Origin: a virus
Lineage: Duplodnaviria; Caudoviricetes
Virus record (IMG/VR): IMGVR_UViG_3300049781_000059
Location: 1 to 64,000 of that record
Length of the DNA: 64,000 nt
Strand: one strand, 5' to 3'
Shown here: positions 46,368-55,991 of the stretch, piece after piece
Position numbering within the stretch: position 1 is the stretch's first letter
Layout: every line of letters starts with the position of its first letter
The notes under the pieces: model-generated
What the model saw: only the letters and a program-made list of their open reading frames with translations
Database searches by the model: none
Told to the model about the DNA's origin: nothing
Position numbers and translations under genes: made by a program

Positions 46368-46717
46368 TCGACGGCCTACCCGAGTGGCTGACCACGCAGC
46401 TCGACATCGACGAGGCGAAGGCCCGCGCCTGCTCCGGCAACGGTGAGTGGACGGCGCGCGACATCGCAGTCTTCGGCGCTGACCTGTCCCCCGGAGTGCG
46501 CGAGCACATGGCCGCCCACGATCCGGCGCGGGTGCTGCGCGAGATCGACGCCAAGCGGCAGATCATCGACCTGCACCGCAGCGGCCAGCACCATCAGTGC
46601 CGCACGGGCGAGCATGACGACGGATACGCGAAGTGGGTCGGCATCTGTACGACACTGCGCTTGCTCGCCCTGCCCTACGCGGACCGGCCCGGCTACCGCA
46701 ACGAGTGGCGCCCGTGA
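46364..46717 (+). CDS. DUF6221-like protein
   Basis: HDPARVLREIDAKRQII...LRLLALPYADRPGYRNEWRP. Confidence 0.85.
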   Translation: MIDGLPEWLTTQLDIDEAKARACSGNGEWTARDIAVFGADLSPGVREHMAAHDPARVLREIDAKRQIIDLHRSGQHHQCRTGEHDDGYAKWVGICTTLRLLALPYADRPGYRNEWRP

Positions 46718-46845
46718 CCGCAATCTACCTGCCCGACTCGGGGAGTCTCCCGCCGTGGGTGGGCATCGTCGTCGGCACGGTCGTCCTGGCGCTGGCCGGG
46801 CTGCGCGTGTACCGGCTGTGGCGGGCATGGCGGCGCCGCAGGTAG
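46714..46845 (+). CDS. small single-pass membrane protein
   Basis: One TM then RRRR; 4-bp overlap. Confidence 0.55.
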   Translation: MTAIYLPDSGSLPPWVGIVVGTVVLALAGLRVYRLWRAWRRRR

Positions 46846-46899
46846 CCGGCTTCCCCCAATCCTGCCCCGCCCACCTTCCGGGCGGGGCAGACTGCTGTC

Positions 46900-47091
46900 A
46901 TGGCGATCCGGGTGAGCGTCCAGGCGGCGACCGAGGACGAGTGCGTCGAGGGCTTGGCCCGCCTGGTCGATGCCGGGTTCCAGCCGGTGATGATGCCCCG
47001 GTACATGACCGACGGACGGTGGATGGCACGCGCGGTGCCCACGGCGAAGGCCCCGGCCGGGGATGGTCGGGGCCTCGGCGTCGCCGACTAG
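46900..47091 (+). CDS. hypothetical protein
   Basis: MAIRVSVQAA...GRWMARAVP. Confidence 0.6.
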   Translation: MAIRVSVQAATEDECVEGLARLVDAGFQPVMMPRYMTDGRWMARAVPTAKAPAGDGRGLGVAD

Positions 47092-47112
47092 TACAGGGCA
47101 GGGGCCGGAACG

Positions 47113-47463
47113 CTACTGCTGGCTGGCCGTCGTCGACTCGGTGTGCGTCCACTCCCGGTGCTCTTGCCGCGCGTAGCCGATCGGGTCTTCGATCCAGTGG
47201 GCTGGCGGAATGGGGCCGAGGCCGGTGCCGTGTACGAGGTCGTGATCGACGAGTTCGCGGGCGTACAGGGCGGCGTAGATGATTTGGTCGCTTACCCAGT
47301 CGGGTTGGGTGGGGTGTTCGGATAGGCGGTCGATCACGGCCGCCCGGCGGATCAGGAATTCGCGTTGCAGGGACTCGCCGTCTGGCTCCAGCCTGAAGAT
47401 CTCCAGCCGTTGCACGGCGTACAGCTCAGTCAGCAGGTGCACGATCTGACAATTGCCTTCCAT
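47113..47463 (-). CDS. hypothetical protein
   Basis: LIRRAAVIDR...DP.GYARQE..W pattern. Confidence 0.6.
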   Translation of the reverse strand: MEGNCQIVHLLTELYAVQRLEIFRLEPDGESLQREFLIRRAAVIDRLSEHPTQPDWVSDQIIYAALYARELVDHDLVHGTGLGPIPPAHWIEDPIGYARQEHREWTHTESTTASQQ

Positions 47464-47560
47464 GGGGGTGATCCTCTCGCGGGTGCGCCCCGCCCCATAT
47501 GTTCGCGGGGCGGGGCGTCTCGAATGTGCTGGTCGGCGGTCTACTGCAGGAGAGTTGCTG

Positions 47561-47770
47561 TTAGCCGATGCGGCGGGCGCTGGATCGGACGATCCGGCCG
47601 GCCTTCATCTCGGGGTGCTTGCTGATGATCATCCCTTTTGCTTCGGCGATCAGGTCGGCCTCCGTGGGCAGCGATCCGCCCCCTCCGGTGACGCTGATCG
47701 TGTCGTTGTATTCGGCGAAACGATCGCCTTTCTCCATGCGGACGTGCACGGCCCAAGTCGTGTGCTGCAT
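47561..47770 (-). CDS. hypothetical protein
   Basis: GGAGGG RBS; protein-like. Confidence 0.6.
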   Translation of the reverse strand: MQHTTWAVHVRMEKGDRFAEYNDTISVTGGGGSLPTEADLIAEAKGMIISKHPEMKAGRIVRSSARRIG

Positions 47771-47910
47771 TTTTCCCTCCGGGTGGTTTGTACGGTCATG
47801 GTTTCGCGGTGCAGGGTTGTCGTCGGGGCCGCAGGACCCGACGGGGCGTGATGGCGGTCACATTCCGCCCCTTGTTGGCTGCGGCCACTAGGCGGACTCG
47901 GGTCTCGGCT

Positions 47911-48072
47911 TCAGTCGCCAACCATGCCCGCGGCGTTGAAGCGGTCGGTGACCGCGCCAAGCTGGACGATCGCGTCCAGGCCGACCGCCGCGGTTGGTGC
48001 GTCGGCGATGAAGGTAACTGCGTCGCCGAGCTGGCGGATGAGGTCGACAGCGGTGACCGCCCCGGGGGGGCA
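47911..48072 (-). pseudogene. small ORF apparently frameshifted in a C7 tract after the ATG
   Basis: TGATG-coupled start; removing one C gives MPPGAVTAVDLIRQLGDAVTFIADA...GD*. Confidence 0.45.
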
Positions 48073-48375
48073 TCAGTCCCACACCCAGTTCTCGCCGGCC
48101 TTCGCAGCGCGCTGTGCCGCGCTCGCGAGGAGGTTTGCGAACTGGCCCCACTCGGGGCCCATCGTCCGGCTGCGGGCCGCCTTGGCCAGGAGGACGGCGA
48201 CGCGCCCAGCCTGCGCGGGCGGAGTGTGGACGGGTGTGTACAGCCGCCCGTCGAAGAGGTAGGCGACCTCCCGCCACTCGGCACCGGTGAGGGCGTGAGC
48301 GAGATGCTGACCGAGGTTGGCGATGGTGAGCGCGGACCGGGTGGACGGCACTCCGTGGCTGATGCTGATTCCCAT
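48073..48375 (-). CDS. hypothetical protein
   Basis: MGISISHG...W...A.LLASAA.RAA.AGENW.W. Confidence 0.65.
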   Translation of the reverse strand: MGISISHGVPSTRSALTIANLGQHLAHALTGAEWREVAYLFDGRLYTPVHTPPAQAGRVAVLLAKAARSRTMGPEWGQFANLLASAAQRAAKAGENWVWD

Positions 48376-48599
48376 CAGAGCCCCCTCTTTGCGGCCTTCT
48401 TGAAACGCTTCGGGAGCTGGCTCTCGGTGTCGATGACGGCCTGGTTGAGCCGCTGGTACTCGGCGGTTTCGTGGATGATTCCGGCTGCGGCTTCGCGGGC
48501 CGTGTTCTCGGCGAGGGCGGCCGACGCCTGGTGGTGGGCGGCGATGAGCCGGTTCTCGTCGGCGTACACGTTGAGCTCTTCGGGGGTGGGCTTGGGCAT
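48375..48599 (-). CDS. hypothetical protein
   Basis: Packed ORF. Confidence 0.6.
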   Translation of the reverse strand: MPKPTPEELNVYADENRLIAAHHQASAALAENTAREAAAGIIHETAEYQRLNQAVIDTESQLPKRFKKAAKRGL

Positions 48600-48607
48600 G
48601 GCTTCTC

Positions 48608-48820
48608 CTATCGGGTGGGGACGTGCTTCTGGTTGGGGTCGTGTTCGGCGTGGTAGGAGGCTGCGGTGACGGCTCCGAAGGAGCTGTTGTAGGGCGTGTT
48701 CTGGAGGTCGGGGCAGCCGGAGCAGATGACGCGGTATTCGTCGGCCTCGTAGTCGGCTTGGGCGTAGACGAAGCTCCCGTCGGGCGCTTCGAGGATCCGG
48801 CTGATGCGTTCGAAAGCCAC
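48608..48820 (-). CDS. hypothetical protein (CxxC...H)
   Basis: GTG start with AGGAG RBS; VICSGC...YHAEH. Confidence 0.55.
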   Translation of the reverse strand: MAFERISRILEAPDGSFVYAQADYEADEYRVICSGCPDLQNTPYNSSFGAVTAASYHAEHDPNQKHVPTR

Positions 48821-48827
48821 GGGTCTC

Positions 48828-49328
48828 CTACTGGCTGCGAGTGTGGGCGTGGCGGGCGGCGCGGTCGAACGCGCGGAGGGCGGGGCTGGCGCTGGCCTGC
48901 TGCGCGTTCCAGCTGGGGATCGTCTCCGCGTGGGCGAACTGGTCCTGGATGGCGTCAAGGAGGGCGACGCACGCGTCGTGGGCGAGGTCCCGGTCGCCGC
49001 GGGCTTCGAGCCGGATGGCCTGGATGGGGCAGACGGCGCCCGTCTCGTCGAACACGGCGTCGCGACACCAGCCGACCGTCTCGATCCGCAGCCGGGCCCG
49101 GTGGAGCAGGTCGGCCAGCGGTGCCCGGTACGGGGACGGGGCGGCGTCCGGCGTGGGCAGGGTCTCGGCGATGTGCGGGATGGGGTCGGCTCCGGGCAGG
49201 TGCGCCGTGTTCACCTCGAAGGCGACCGACGCCTCGGCCAGGCGCACGCTCATGGCGGCTTCGACCAGGGCGAGCCGGGCGTCGAGGTCGAGGACGGGCG
49301 CCGTGGGTGCGATCGTCGCCGTACTCAT
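48828..49328 (-). CDS. DUF6197-like protein
   Basis: L.RAR.RI...GWC......GAVC...AI...IPSWN pattern. Confidence 0.65.
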   Translation of the reverse strand: MSTATIAPTAPVLDLDARLALVEAAMSVRLAEASVAFEVNTAHLPGADPIPHIAETLPTPDAAPSPYRAPLADLLHRARLRIETVGWCRDAVFDETGAVCPIQAIRLEARGDRDLAHDACVALLDAIQDQFAHAETIPSWNAQQASASPALRAFDRAARHAHTRSQ

Positions 49329-49510
49329 CGGCGGGCCTTGCCGTTGTCGCACTTCTTGGGGCAGGGCACCCGACGCTGCACCCCGCCGAACGCGGTGAAC
49401 AAGACACCGTTCCCGCGGCAACACCAGCACAGGCGGCGGGCCTGGACTTGCTCGGGTGAGAGGCGGCCGTTCTGCGCCTCCCATTCCTGGTCGGTCATGG
49501 TCTGGGGCAT
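49325..49510 (-). CDS. small zinc-binding protein
   Basis: LCWCCRGNG...VPCPKKCDNG. Confidence 0.6.
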   Translation of the reverse strand: MPQTMTDQEWEAQNGRLSPEQVQARRLCWCCRGNGVLFTAFGGVQRRVPCPKKCDNGKARR

Positions 49511-49600
49511 GATGAGGGTCTCCTCGTCGATCTTCGGGTGGGCGTGGGGACCGGGGCGCCCCTGTGGCTGCCAGGCTGTGAAGGGGCGCCCCGGGCGTAG

Positions 49601-50014
49601 TCAGACGCGCCAGACGCCGGGGCGCCGCCGGGTCTTCGGGTTGGAGGTCTGCCGGGCCTGCTTCTCCAGACCGCGCAGCTCCGCCTCGTCCAAGATCCCC
49701 TCGTAGTCGTCGTTGCCGAGCGGGCCGGCGACCTGGGGGGCCCGGTCGCCGATGTAGCGGGCGCCGCGGGGCGGCTCGGTGTAGACCGTGCCGCAGTTGC
49801 TGAGCAGCGTCGTCGGCGAGTAGTGGCCGGTGGTCCAGTTGGCGCTGCCCCAGGACCGACCGGTGAACGTGTGCTTGTTGTAGACGCGCTCCGACCCGAG
49901 GCCCCAGTCGCGGCCCTCGGCGACCGTGTACACGGTGGTGCCCTTGCCGCGCCGGTTCAGGTAGCGGGTGAGGTCCCGGGCGCCCCTGTTGTTGGGCTCG
50001 AACTTCTCAGACAT
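49601..50014 (-). CDS. hypothetical protein
   Basis: Protein-like ORF with RBS. Confidence 0.65.
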   Translation of the reverse strand: MSEKFEPNNRGARDLTRYLNRRGKGTTVYTVAEGRDWGLGSERVYNKHTFTGRSWGSANWTTGHYSPTTLLSNCGTVYTEPPRGARYIGDRAPQVAGPLGNDDYEGILDEAELRGLEKQARQTSNPKTRRRPGVWRV

Positions 50015-50059
50015 GCGATGATCTCCATTTCTGGTTTGTGGTGGTTTGTTCCTATTGGG

Positions 50060-50773
50060 TCAGATCGCTTGGCGGCGTTGAGCTACCGAGGGCCGCGCCG
50101 TTCGGCGCCTGGTTCTCCGGGGCGGGCGCCGCTCAAGCAAGTCGGCCAACGTCTCCTGGAGCGCGTTGAGACGAAAGCCGCGGACTCTGGGCTGCCCATC
50201 GACGAGGGTCAGTTGTGCCACCGGAACGTCGATCACTTCTTCGGCCATGGCGGCAGCGAGAAGCTTCCCGACTCTGCATGAGTAGAGGTGGTCACTCTCT
50301 CCGTCGACGCGCACATACGCCTGGTCGACGGTGGCCATGTAGGCAAAGACTTCCCGCTTCGTGACGTTCCCCCGGCCGGTCAACTTCGCGGCGTCGATCA
50401 GGTGGTTGATCAGCATCTTCTTGCCGGTCAGGTAGGTGATTTGTGGCGCTACGTAGTCGTGCTCAGCGTCCGCTCTCTCGGCGTGGGTCACGTAGCCCAT
50501 CAGCACAGCGGCAGACGCGACGACCGCGGCGGGGTTCTCGTCGCCGAAGTCGAACCATTCGCCGTGGATGCGGTAGGGGGCGAACCGCTTATGCAGATCG
50601 CGCTCTAGCGACTGCCCGCCGCGTGTCTTCCAGATGAGGTACAGAGGCAACGGTGAGCCGGTCTGCAGCTCGGCTATCCGAGATTCCACGGTGCTCGCGA
50701 CGCCGATCTTGACCGGCCGAGCCCCCAGGGTCCCGACTAGGTAGACCCACCGACTCTCCTGACTGCTTTCCAC
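50060..50773 (-). CDS. GIY-YIG / T5orf172-family nuclease domain protein
   Basis: WVYLVG...VKIGVA..VESRIAELQTGSP...LERDLHKRF..YRIHGEWF. Confidence 0.85.
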   Translation of the reverse strand: MESSQESRWVYLVGTLGARPVKIGVASTVESRIAELQTGSPLPLYLIWKTRGGQSLERDLHKRFAPYRIHGEWFDFGDENPAAVVASAAVLMGYVTHAERADAEHDYVAPQITYLTGKKMLINHLIDAAKLTGRGNVTKREVFAYMATVDQAYVRVDGESDHLYSCRVGKLLAAAMAEEVIDVPVAQLTLVDGQPRVRGFRLNALQETLADLLERRPPRRTRRRTARPSVAQRRQAI

Positions 50774-50980
50774 TCTCTCCTCCAGGGAGCGTTTTGTGAC
50801 ACTTTGAGCACGTGCTAGCCGCTGCTCATCCTCAAGAACTTGCAGGTCAGCGCTGCTGAGCCATTCGCTGGGCTGCCGCTATCGAGCAGCGTCATAGCTT
50901 CGACCCAGCGGCACCCTTAGCGACGCCGACCTGCGGTGATGCGACGTCGAGCAGCCCTTAGCGGGGGGATACTCTTCGCA

Positions 50981-53212
50981 TTACGGGCGCAGATGGACCG
51001 CCAGATCGTCTCGCCTGTAGCCACGTGGATTCGACATCCCGTCCCAAGCGCCAAGCTGAACTGGCTTGCCGACGGTCTCGGCGAGGGCACTCTTCAACGT
51101 CTCTCCATCCATGCCCCCGTGAGCGTCCGGAGCGTGCTCAGCCAGGGCCGCGGCGAGTACTTCTGTGCGCATTCGGTCCACGCCTCGCTTGTCCATCACG
51201 TCGACCGCGTCGCTGATGAGTTCCATGACTTCGTCGGCGTCCGACCCGGCGGGCGGCTCGGCGTCGCACAGGCGCAGCAGTTGCTCCCATGTGAGGAGCG
51301 AGACGGGTGCGGGCCTCTTCAGGTCGCCGTTCTTGTCGAACTCGGCCTCCACGTACTCGGGCAGGTCGACGCTCCGCATCCCGTCGAGGCTGTCCTGATC
51401 GGGGTCGAGCAGTCCGGCCTCCAGTCGTTCGGCGGCGAGCTTCCGCAGCACATCGGACGGCGCTTCGTGGATGGCGTACTCGATCGGCTCGTCGGGCATC
51501 CCGGGCACGCCCTGGATGAAGATGTGGCCGGCATCCTTGGGGTCGGTGTCGGTGGCGGGACTGAGCTTGTGCGGCAGGTAGCCCGCACGGACTGCGTCGT
51601 CGCCGAACACGGCCCGGGTGTCGCCGACCTTGCACGGGCCGACAGCGGTGAGGGCCATCATCTGGGCCATGTTCTCGCCGAGGTAGCGGGTGGTGCCGCC
51701 CTGTGAGGCGTACTGCACCTGGATCAGTTCCTTGCGGCCAACCAGCATCAGGTCGAAAGCGAGGAGCTTGCCGAGATCGGACAGCTTCGGAAACTCGTCG
51801 ATGAAGATCGTGACGGCGGGGCGTTCGACGCTGGGCTTCCACGTCTTGCCCATGCCGAACTTCTTACGCAGCCGGGCCCTCACCTTCGACATGACCAGGA
51901 AGAACAGCAGGACCGATTCGATCTGCTCGTTGGAGCGGGCAGTGATCCGGACGGCATCCCCGAGGTCTTCGAGGCCGTCACCGTGCGGGTCGCAGTCGAT
52001 GGTGATGTTGTCCCGGCAGGCGGTAACGCCCTCGCCGAGGGCCTGGAGGATGCCGGTCTTGCCGCCGCCGGACGCGGCAACCCACAGGCCCATGACGCCG
52101 GCCAGGGACACTTCGAGCGGGTCGCCGCCGACGCTGGTGCCGATCCGGAACCGGTCGGTGATCGACAGGGACTTGGGGGCGCGGTACGGCAGGCCGGGGG
52201 CGGTGGCGAACGGATCACCGTCGACGAGGCGGAGGATGGCGCAGGCCCGGCGGGCGCGGATCGGCTGGGGGCGGACGCCGTTGGTGGGCAGGTCGAACTT
52301 GGTTTCCAGCGCACCCGACTTCGCAATGATCGTCTCGGGCGTGCCTTCATCGACGCGGACGACGCACTGCCAGCCCCACGGCTGCCGCTGCACGTCCGCC
52401 ACCTCAACGATCGGCACACCCTCGGCACGGGCAGCGAGAAGCACGCATTCAGCGAGCTGCTGCGGCGTGGACACGTTCCGGAGCGGGAACGGCTTGGCGC
52501 CTTCGGCGAGCTGCTCGACGTTCATGACGACGTGCGATCCGACGCTCATCGCTCCCCCGGCCTGCATCGGATCCGCCAGGAACGTGGCGGGCAGGCTGGC
52601 CGGGGCCTCCCCGAAAGGGGCATCGGCCTGACGCGGCTGGAACGGACGAGAGATCAGGTACCAGGCGAAGCCGGCCGCAGTGCTGGCCGCAAGCAGGAGC
52701 AGCGGCTGACCGGTCGCGGCCTGCTCAATCACGGTACCGAGCACGGGCATGGTGGCGACGCCGCCACCGGCAACCGCAGCGGCCCGGCCCATCTTCTTGC
52801 CGCTGCGCGCCGCGTTGATCTCACGGTCGGTGGGCGGCAACACGATGGTCGCCTGAAGCGCGGCGAGCTTGGCCTCCTCCTGGGCGGCACGCCCGGCGAG
52901 GCTGGACAGGGTGGCGGCGCTGACGTTGTCCCCCTGCATCTTGGCGTACTCGAAGCGTCCGTGGGCTTCGGCGACGATCCGCTGCTGCTGGGCGACCTTG
53001 TCGGCGTGCTTGCGGTTCTTGCGCTCGGTGGCGGCCTGGATGATGTCGACGTGGTCGAGGTCGTTGCCGGCCAGCCAGTCCTTCGTGCGGGCCGACGCAT
53101 GTGCGCGCTGCTCGGCGAACGCTTCCTTGATTCGCTGCTTGCGCGGGACGGTGGGCGGCTCGGTGGGCATGGGTGGGATCTGCTGCTCGACGGGCTCAGT
53201 CTCGGTGGCCAC
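50981..53212 (-). CDS. FtsK/SpoIIIE-family TraB-like conjugative DNA translocase
   Basis: N-terminal coiled coil and TMs; Walker A AASGGGKT; Walker B IFIDEF; GRKE; C-terminal winged-helix-like domain ending RGYRRDDL. Confidence 0.85.
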   Translation of the reverse strand: MATETEPVEQQIPPMPTEPPTVPRKQRIKEAFAEQRAHASARTKDWLAGNDLDHVDIIQAATERKNRKHADKVAQQQRIVAEAHGRFEYAKMQGDNVSAATLSSLAGRAAQEEAKLAALQATIVLPPTDREINAARSGKKMGRAAAVAGGGVATMPVLGTVIEQAATGQPLLLLAASTAAGFAWYLISRPFQPRQADAPFGEAPASLPATFLADPMQAGGAMSVGSHVVMNVEQLAEGAKPFPLRNVSTPQQLAECVLLAARAEGVPIVEVADVQRQPWGWQCVVRVDEGTPETIIAKSGALETKFDLPTNGVRPQPIRARRACAILRLVDGDPFATAPGLPYRAPKSLSITDRFRIGTSVGGDPLEVSLAGVMGLWVAASGGGKTGILQALGEGVTACRDNITIDCDPHGDGLEDLGDAVRITARSNEQIESVLLFFLVMSKVRARLRKKFGMGKTWKPSVERPAVTIFIDEFPKLSDLGKLLAFDLMLVGRKELIQVQYASQGGTTRYLGENMAQMMALTAVGPCKVGDTRAVFGDDAVRAGYLPHKLSPATDTDPKDAGHIFIQGVPGMPDEPIEYAIHEAPSDVLRKLAAERLEAGLLDPDQDSLDGMRSVDLPEYVEAEFDKNGDLKRPAPVSLLTWEQLLRLCDAEPPAGSDADEVMELISDAVDVMDKRGVDRMRTEVLAAALAEHAPDAHGGMDGETLKSALAETVGKPVQLGAWDGMSNPRGYRRDDLAVHLRP

Positions 53213-53276
53213 GGGCCGATGTCCTTCCGGGGTCGGGGGGCGGGGCCCCGGTCGGGGCCCCGCGGGTGGGCGTGGC

Positions 53277-53870
53277 CTAGAAGCCGGACCAAACGTTGCC
53301 GAGGCCGACGCCGACGGATCCGCCGAGCTGCTGAACGAGGGGGCCGACGAACGTCGGGGCGAGGTACACGCCGAGGGCGATGCATGCGGCGGCCTGCACG
53401 AACTTCATCGAACCCCGCTTGATCATGACGATCACGCCGATCAGCAGGCCGACGCCGACGGCGACCGTGACGCCGATGGCCCCGCCACCGGCCTGGGTCT
53501 GGTACTGCTGCTGGGTTCCGGCGGGCATCTGCTGCTGCGGGTTGGTCAGCTGCGCACCGGTGCCGCCGTCGGGGGTGAGCCCGTTGGTGATGCCATCACT
53601 GCTGCCGGGCTCGGTGTCGGCCCGGAAACCGGCGACGACGGCGACCTGCTTGTCGGTGGCGTGGTGGCCGTAGCCGCCCATACCGCTGATCCGGATCGTG
53701 CGCCCGTCCGGCATGGTGACCGGCGCGGTCACGGCCCGCTCGACGACCGACTCGGAGACGGCAGCGGACGCCGGCGACGGGGCGGCCAGGGTGACGGTGG
53801 CGGCACCGCCGAGGACAGCAACCGCGGCACTGCCCGACACGGCGATACGACGAAGGGTGCTGGTGGTCAT
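53277..53870 (-). CDS. secreted/membrane protein, Spd-like
   Basis: Signal peptide plus two C-terminal TMs; directly upstream of the TraB-like gene. Confidence 0.65.
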   Translation of the reverse strand: MTTSTLRRIAVSGSAAVAVLGGAATVTLAAPSPASAAVSESVVERAVTAPVTMPDGRTIRISGMGGYGHHATDKQVAVVAGFRADTEPGSSDGITNGLTPDGGTGAQLTNPQQQMPAGTQQQYQTQAGGGAIGVTVAVGVGLLIGVIVMIKRGSMKFVQAAACIALGVYLAPTFVGPLVQQLGGSVGVGLGNVWSGF

Positions 53871-53881
53871 GATGATCTCTC

Positions 53882-54109
53882 CTAGCCGTGAAGGGTGAAG
53901 TCGGACGCTTGAGCGGAATGGATCGGGATGCCGATCTGGCGGGCGCAGTAGACGCGCATCTCCTCGAGCACATCCACGCCGGTGCGGGTGTCGCCAGGGG
54001 CGACGTTGTAGGTGCCGTTGCACGGCCAGCGACCGTTGCCGGCTTTGCGCACGGTCAACGTCCAGCGGTAGATGCCAGGCGGCAGAGGCTTGTTCATGGG
54101 GTACGACAC
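53882..54109 (-). CDS. hypothetical protein
   Basis: Packed ORF in transfer operon. Confidence 0.55.
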   Translation of the reverse strand: MSYPMNKPLPPGIYRWTLTVRKAGNGRWPCNGTYNVAPGDTRTGVDVLEEMRVYCARQIGIPIHSAQASDFTLHG

Positions 54110-54127
54110 GGGGTGTCTCCTGGTTGG

Positions 54128-55465
54128 TCAGTCGGTGGTGGGGGTTTCCGCCCTTACCGCGTCGCGGAGGCGGATGGCGTATTTGGTGCGGCAGCCGACG
54201 GCTTCGCGGACGTTGCGCGCGGAGAGCCGGTCGGTTCCGCCGAGGGCTTCAGCGAGGGCGCGAACCTTGATCAGGTCGGCTTCTTCGAGGGGGCGATCCG
54301 AGTCCGGATCGACGGCGAGGCGAGGGGCCCGCTTCCCTTTACCCACAAGGGTTGTGGGGGCTTCGCGGCGCTTGCTGGAGCGAGCCCGTGACCCTCCCCC
54401 CGCAGGGCCGCCCGAGGGGCCTTCTGTGGGCGTTCCAGTGGGTCCGTCGTCACCGTTGTTCGGGCCGAGCAAGTCCGCGAGAAGCAGGCCGACGGCAACA
54501 CTCTCGGGGCTGGTGTCGTAGTCCTCCAGCACCGTGGCGACAGCCTCTCGGGCGGCCTCCTTCGACGCGAGAGATTCAGCCGTGATCGACAACGGCAGGG
54601 CGTGCACCGTGTCCCACGCCTGGGCCCACGCAGCCTCCCGGCTGATCGCCCCCGTCGGGTAGGCAGCCATGATCCGCCGGTACTCGTCGAACTCCGGCTC
54701 GAACAGCTCCTGCCGCAGCTCGTCCTCGGCCTGCTCGACCGCCTTCCGCTCCCGCTCCGCCTTCGCCTGCTCCCGTGCGGCTCGTCGGTCGCGGGCGCGC
54801 TGCTTCAGGTCGCGTCCGTCCTCGGCGGCCTTGGTCTCCAGGAACTGGCGGACCTCGGCGAGGAGCGGGCCGATCATCGAGGTGGCGGCGAGGGCGTAGC
54901 CGGCGACCGACCCGAACTCGGTGACGCCGTGCGCGTAGTTGATCCATCCGGCGATCGACGCGAGCGAAGCGGTCAGCAGCCAGAACGGCCAGCGCGGGAG
55001 CCCCTTGCGGTGCGCCCACCGGGTGCCCATGACGCCGACCCAGGCGAGGAGTTCGAGGAAGAACGGGACCGGGGCGAGCGTCCAGGCGGGGCCGGCGTCC
55101 TTGTCGGTCTTGTGGTGGAGGCCGAGGAAGTAGGAGATCTGGGCGGGGAGGGCGGCGAGCAGACCGAGGGCCATGACGACGTTGACGAGGATCTTGAAGG
55201 TGGTGCCGTCGTCGTCGCGCTTCTCCCGACGCTTCGCCTTGCGGGCGGCCTTGTCGTCCTTCGCGGCCTCGGCCACTGCGGCGAGCTGGTTGCGGAGCTT
55301 GGTCTGCTTGAGCTGCTCGGCCAGCTTGGAGGTCTCGGTTGCGGCGGCTGCGGTCTCGGCGGCCTTCGCGGCAGCCGCGGCTTCGGCCTTGATCCGGGCG
55401 GTCTCGGCCTTCGTCTTGGCTACGTCGGCGTCACGCTCCTCCCAGGAACGGTATCCGCTGGTCAT
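54128..55465 (-). CDS. DUF2637/SpdB-like multi-TM spread protein
   Basis: Coiled coil, 4 TMs with INYAHG motif, coiled coil, C-terminal HTH-like SARNVREAVGC...AIRLRD. Confidence 0.75.
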   Translation of the reverse strand: MTSGYRSWEERDADVAKTKAETARIKAEAAAAAKAAETAAAATETSKLAEQLKQTKLRNQLAAVAEAAKDDKAARKAKRREKRDDDGTTFKILVNVVMALGLLAALPAQISYFLGLHHKTDKDAGPAWTLAPVPFFLELLAWVGVMGTRWAHRKGLPRWPFWLLTASLASIAGWINYAHGVTEFGSVAGYALAATSMIGPLLAEVRQFLETKAAEDGRDLKQRARDRRAAREQAKAERERKAVEQAEDELRQELFEPEFDEYRRIMAAYPTGAISREAAWAQAWDTVHALPLSITAESLASKEAAREAVATVLEDYDTSPESVAVGLLLADLLGPNNGDDGPTGTPTEGPSGGPAGGGSRARSSKRREAPTTLVGKGKRAPRLAVDPDSDRPLEEADLIKVRALAEALGGTDRLSARNVREAVGCRTKYAIRLRDAVRAETPTTD

Positions 55466-55518
55466 GGCTGTCCTTCCAGGACTCGGTGGGGGTGACTGTG
55501 GGTGGTGCAGTGGGGTTG

Positions 55519-55710
55519 TCAGCGCCGCCGGCGGGTGGAGCGGTAGCCGAACGGGCCGGGCAGGTCGTAGCTGGTGGTTGCCTGGCCGGTGCTGGACCAT
55601 GTGCGCTTGGGTCCGCCCTTCGGTCCAACGGTGATCGACCAGGACCGGCGGTTGATGTTGATGCGGACGCCGGGCAGGATCCGGAAGCTCCTGCGGAACG
55701 TGATCGGCAC
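55519..55710 (-). CDS. DUF4236-like small protein
   Basis: MPITFRRSFRILPGVRININRRSWSITVG...LPGPFGYR. Confidence 0.75.
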   Translation of the reverse strand: MPITFRRSFRILPGVRININRRSWSITVGPKGGPKRTWSSTGQATTSYDLPGPFGYRSTRRRR

Positions 55711-55715
55711 GGCGG

Positions 55716-55904
55716 TCACGCCTTCCAGAGCTGGATGTTGGTGACGGTGAGGCCCTGCTGGGAGTAGCGGGCCTGGACGATGCGGCGCGCCCCGGTGTGG
55801 CCCTCGGAGCTGCCGACGGTCACGTCGCCCTCGCGGACGCTGGTCCGGTCGGTGCTGAGGTCGATCACATCGGCCGTGTAGCGGTACGTCGTGGTGTAGC
55901 TCAT
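55716..55904 (-). CDS. hypothetical protein
   Basis: MSYTTTYRY...; RBS. Confidence 0.55.
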   Translation of the reverse strand: MSYTTTYRYTADVIDLSTDRTSVREGDVTVGSSEGHTGARRIVQARYSQQGLTVTNIQLWKA

Positions 55905-55991
55905 AAGGTTCCTTCCGGTCGGGTGGGTGGTGCGGAGTGCCCCGGGCCGGTTCCGATCCGGCAGCGTCACGCCGGGGCCGGGGCTGAGGGG

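Noticed and set aside
50775-50980. Definite clt locus
   Set aside because: Only pairs of short repeats, not the multi-copy 8-bp direct-repeat array expected
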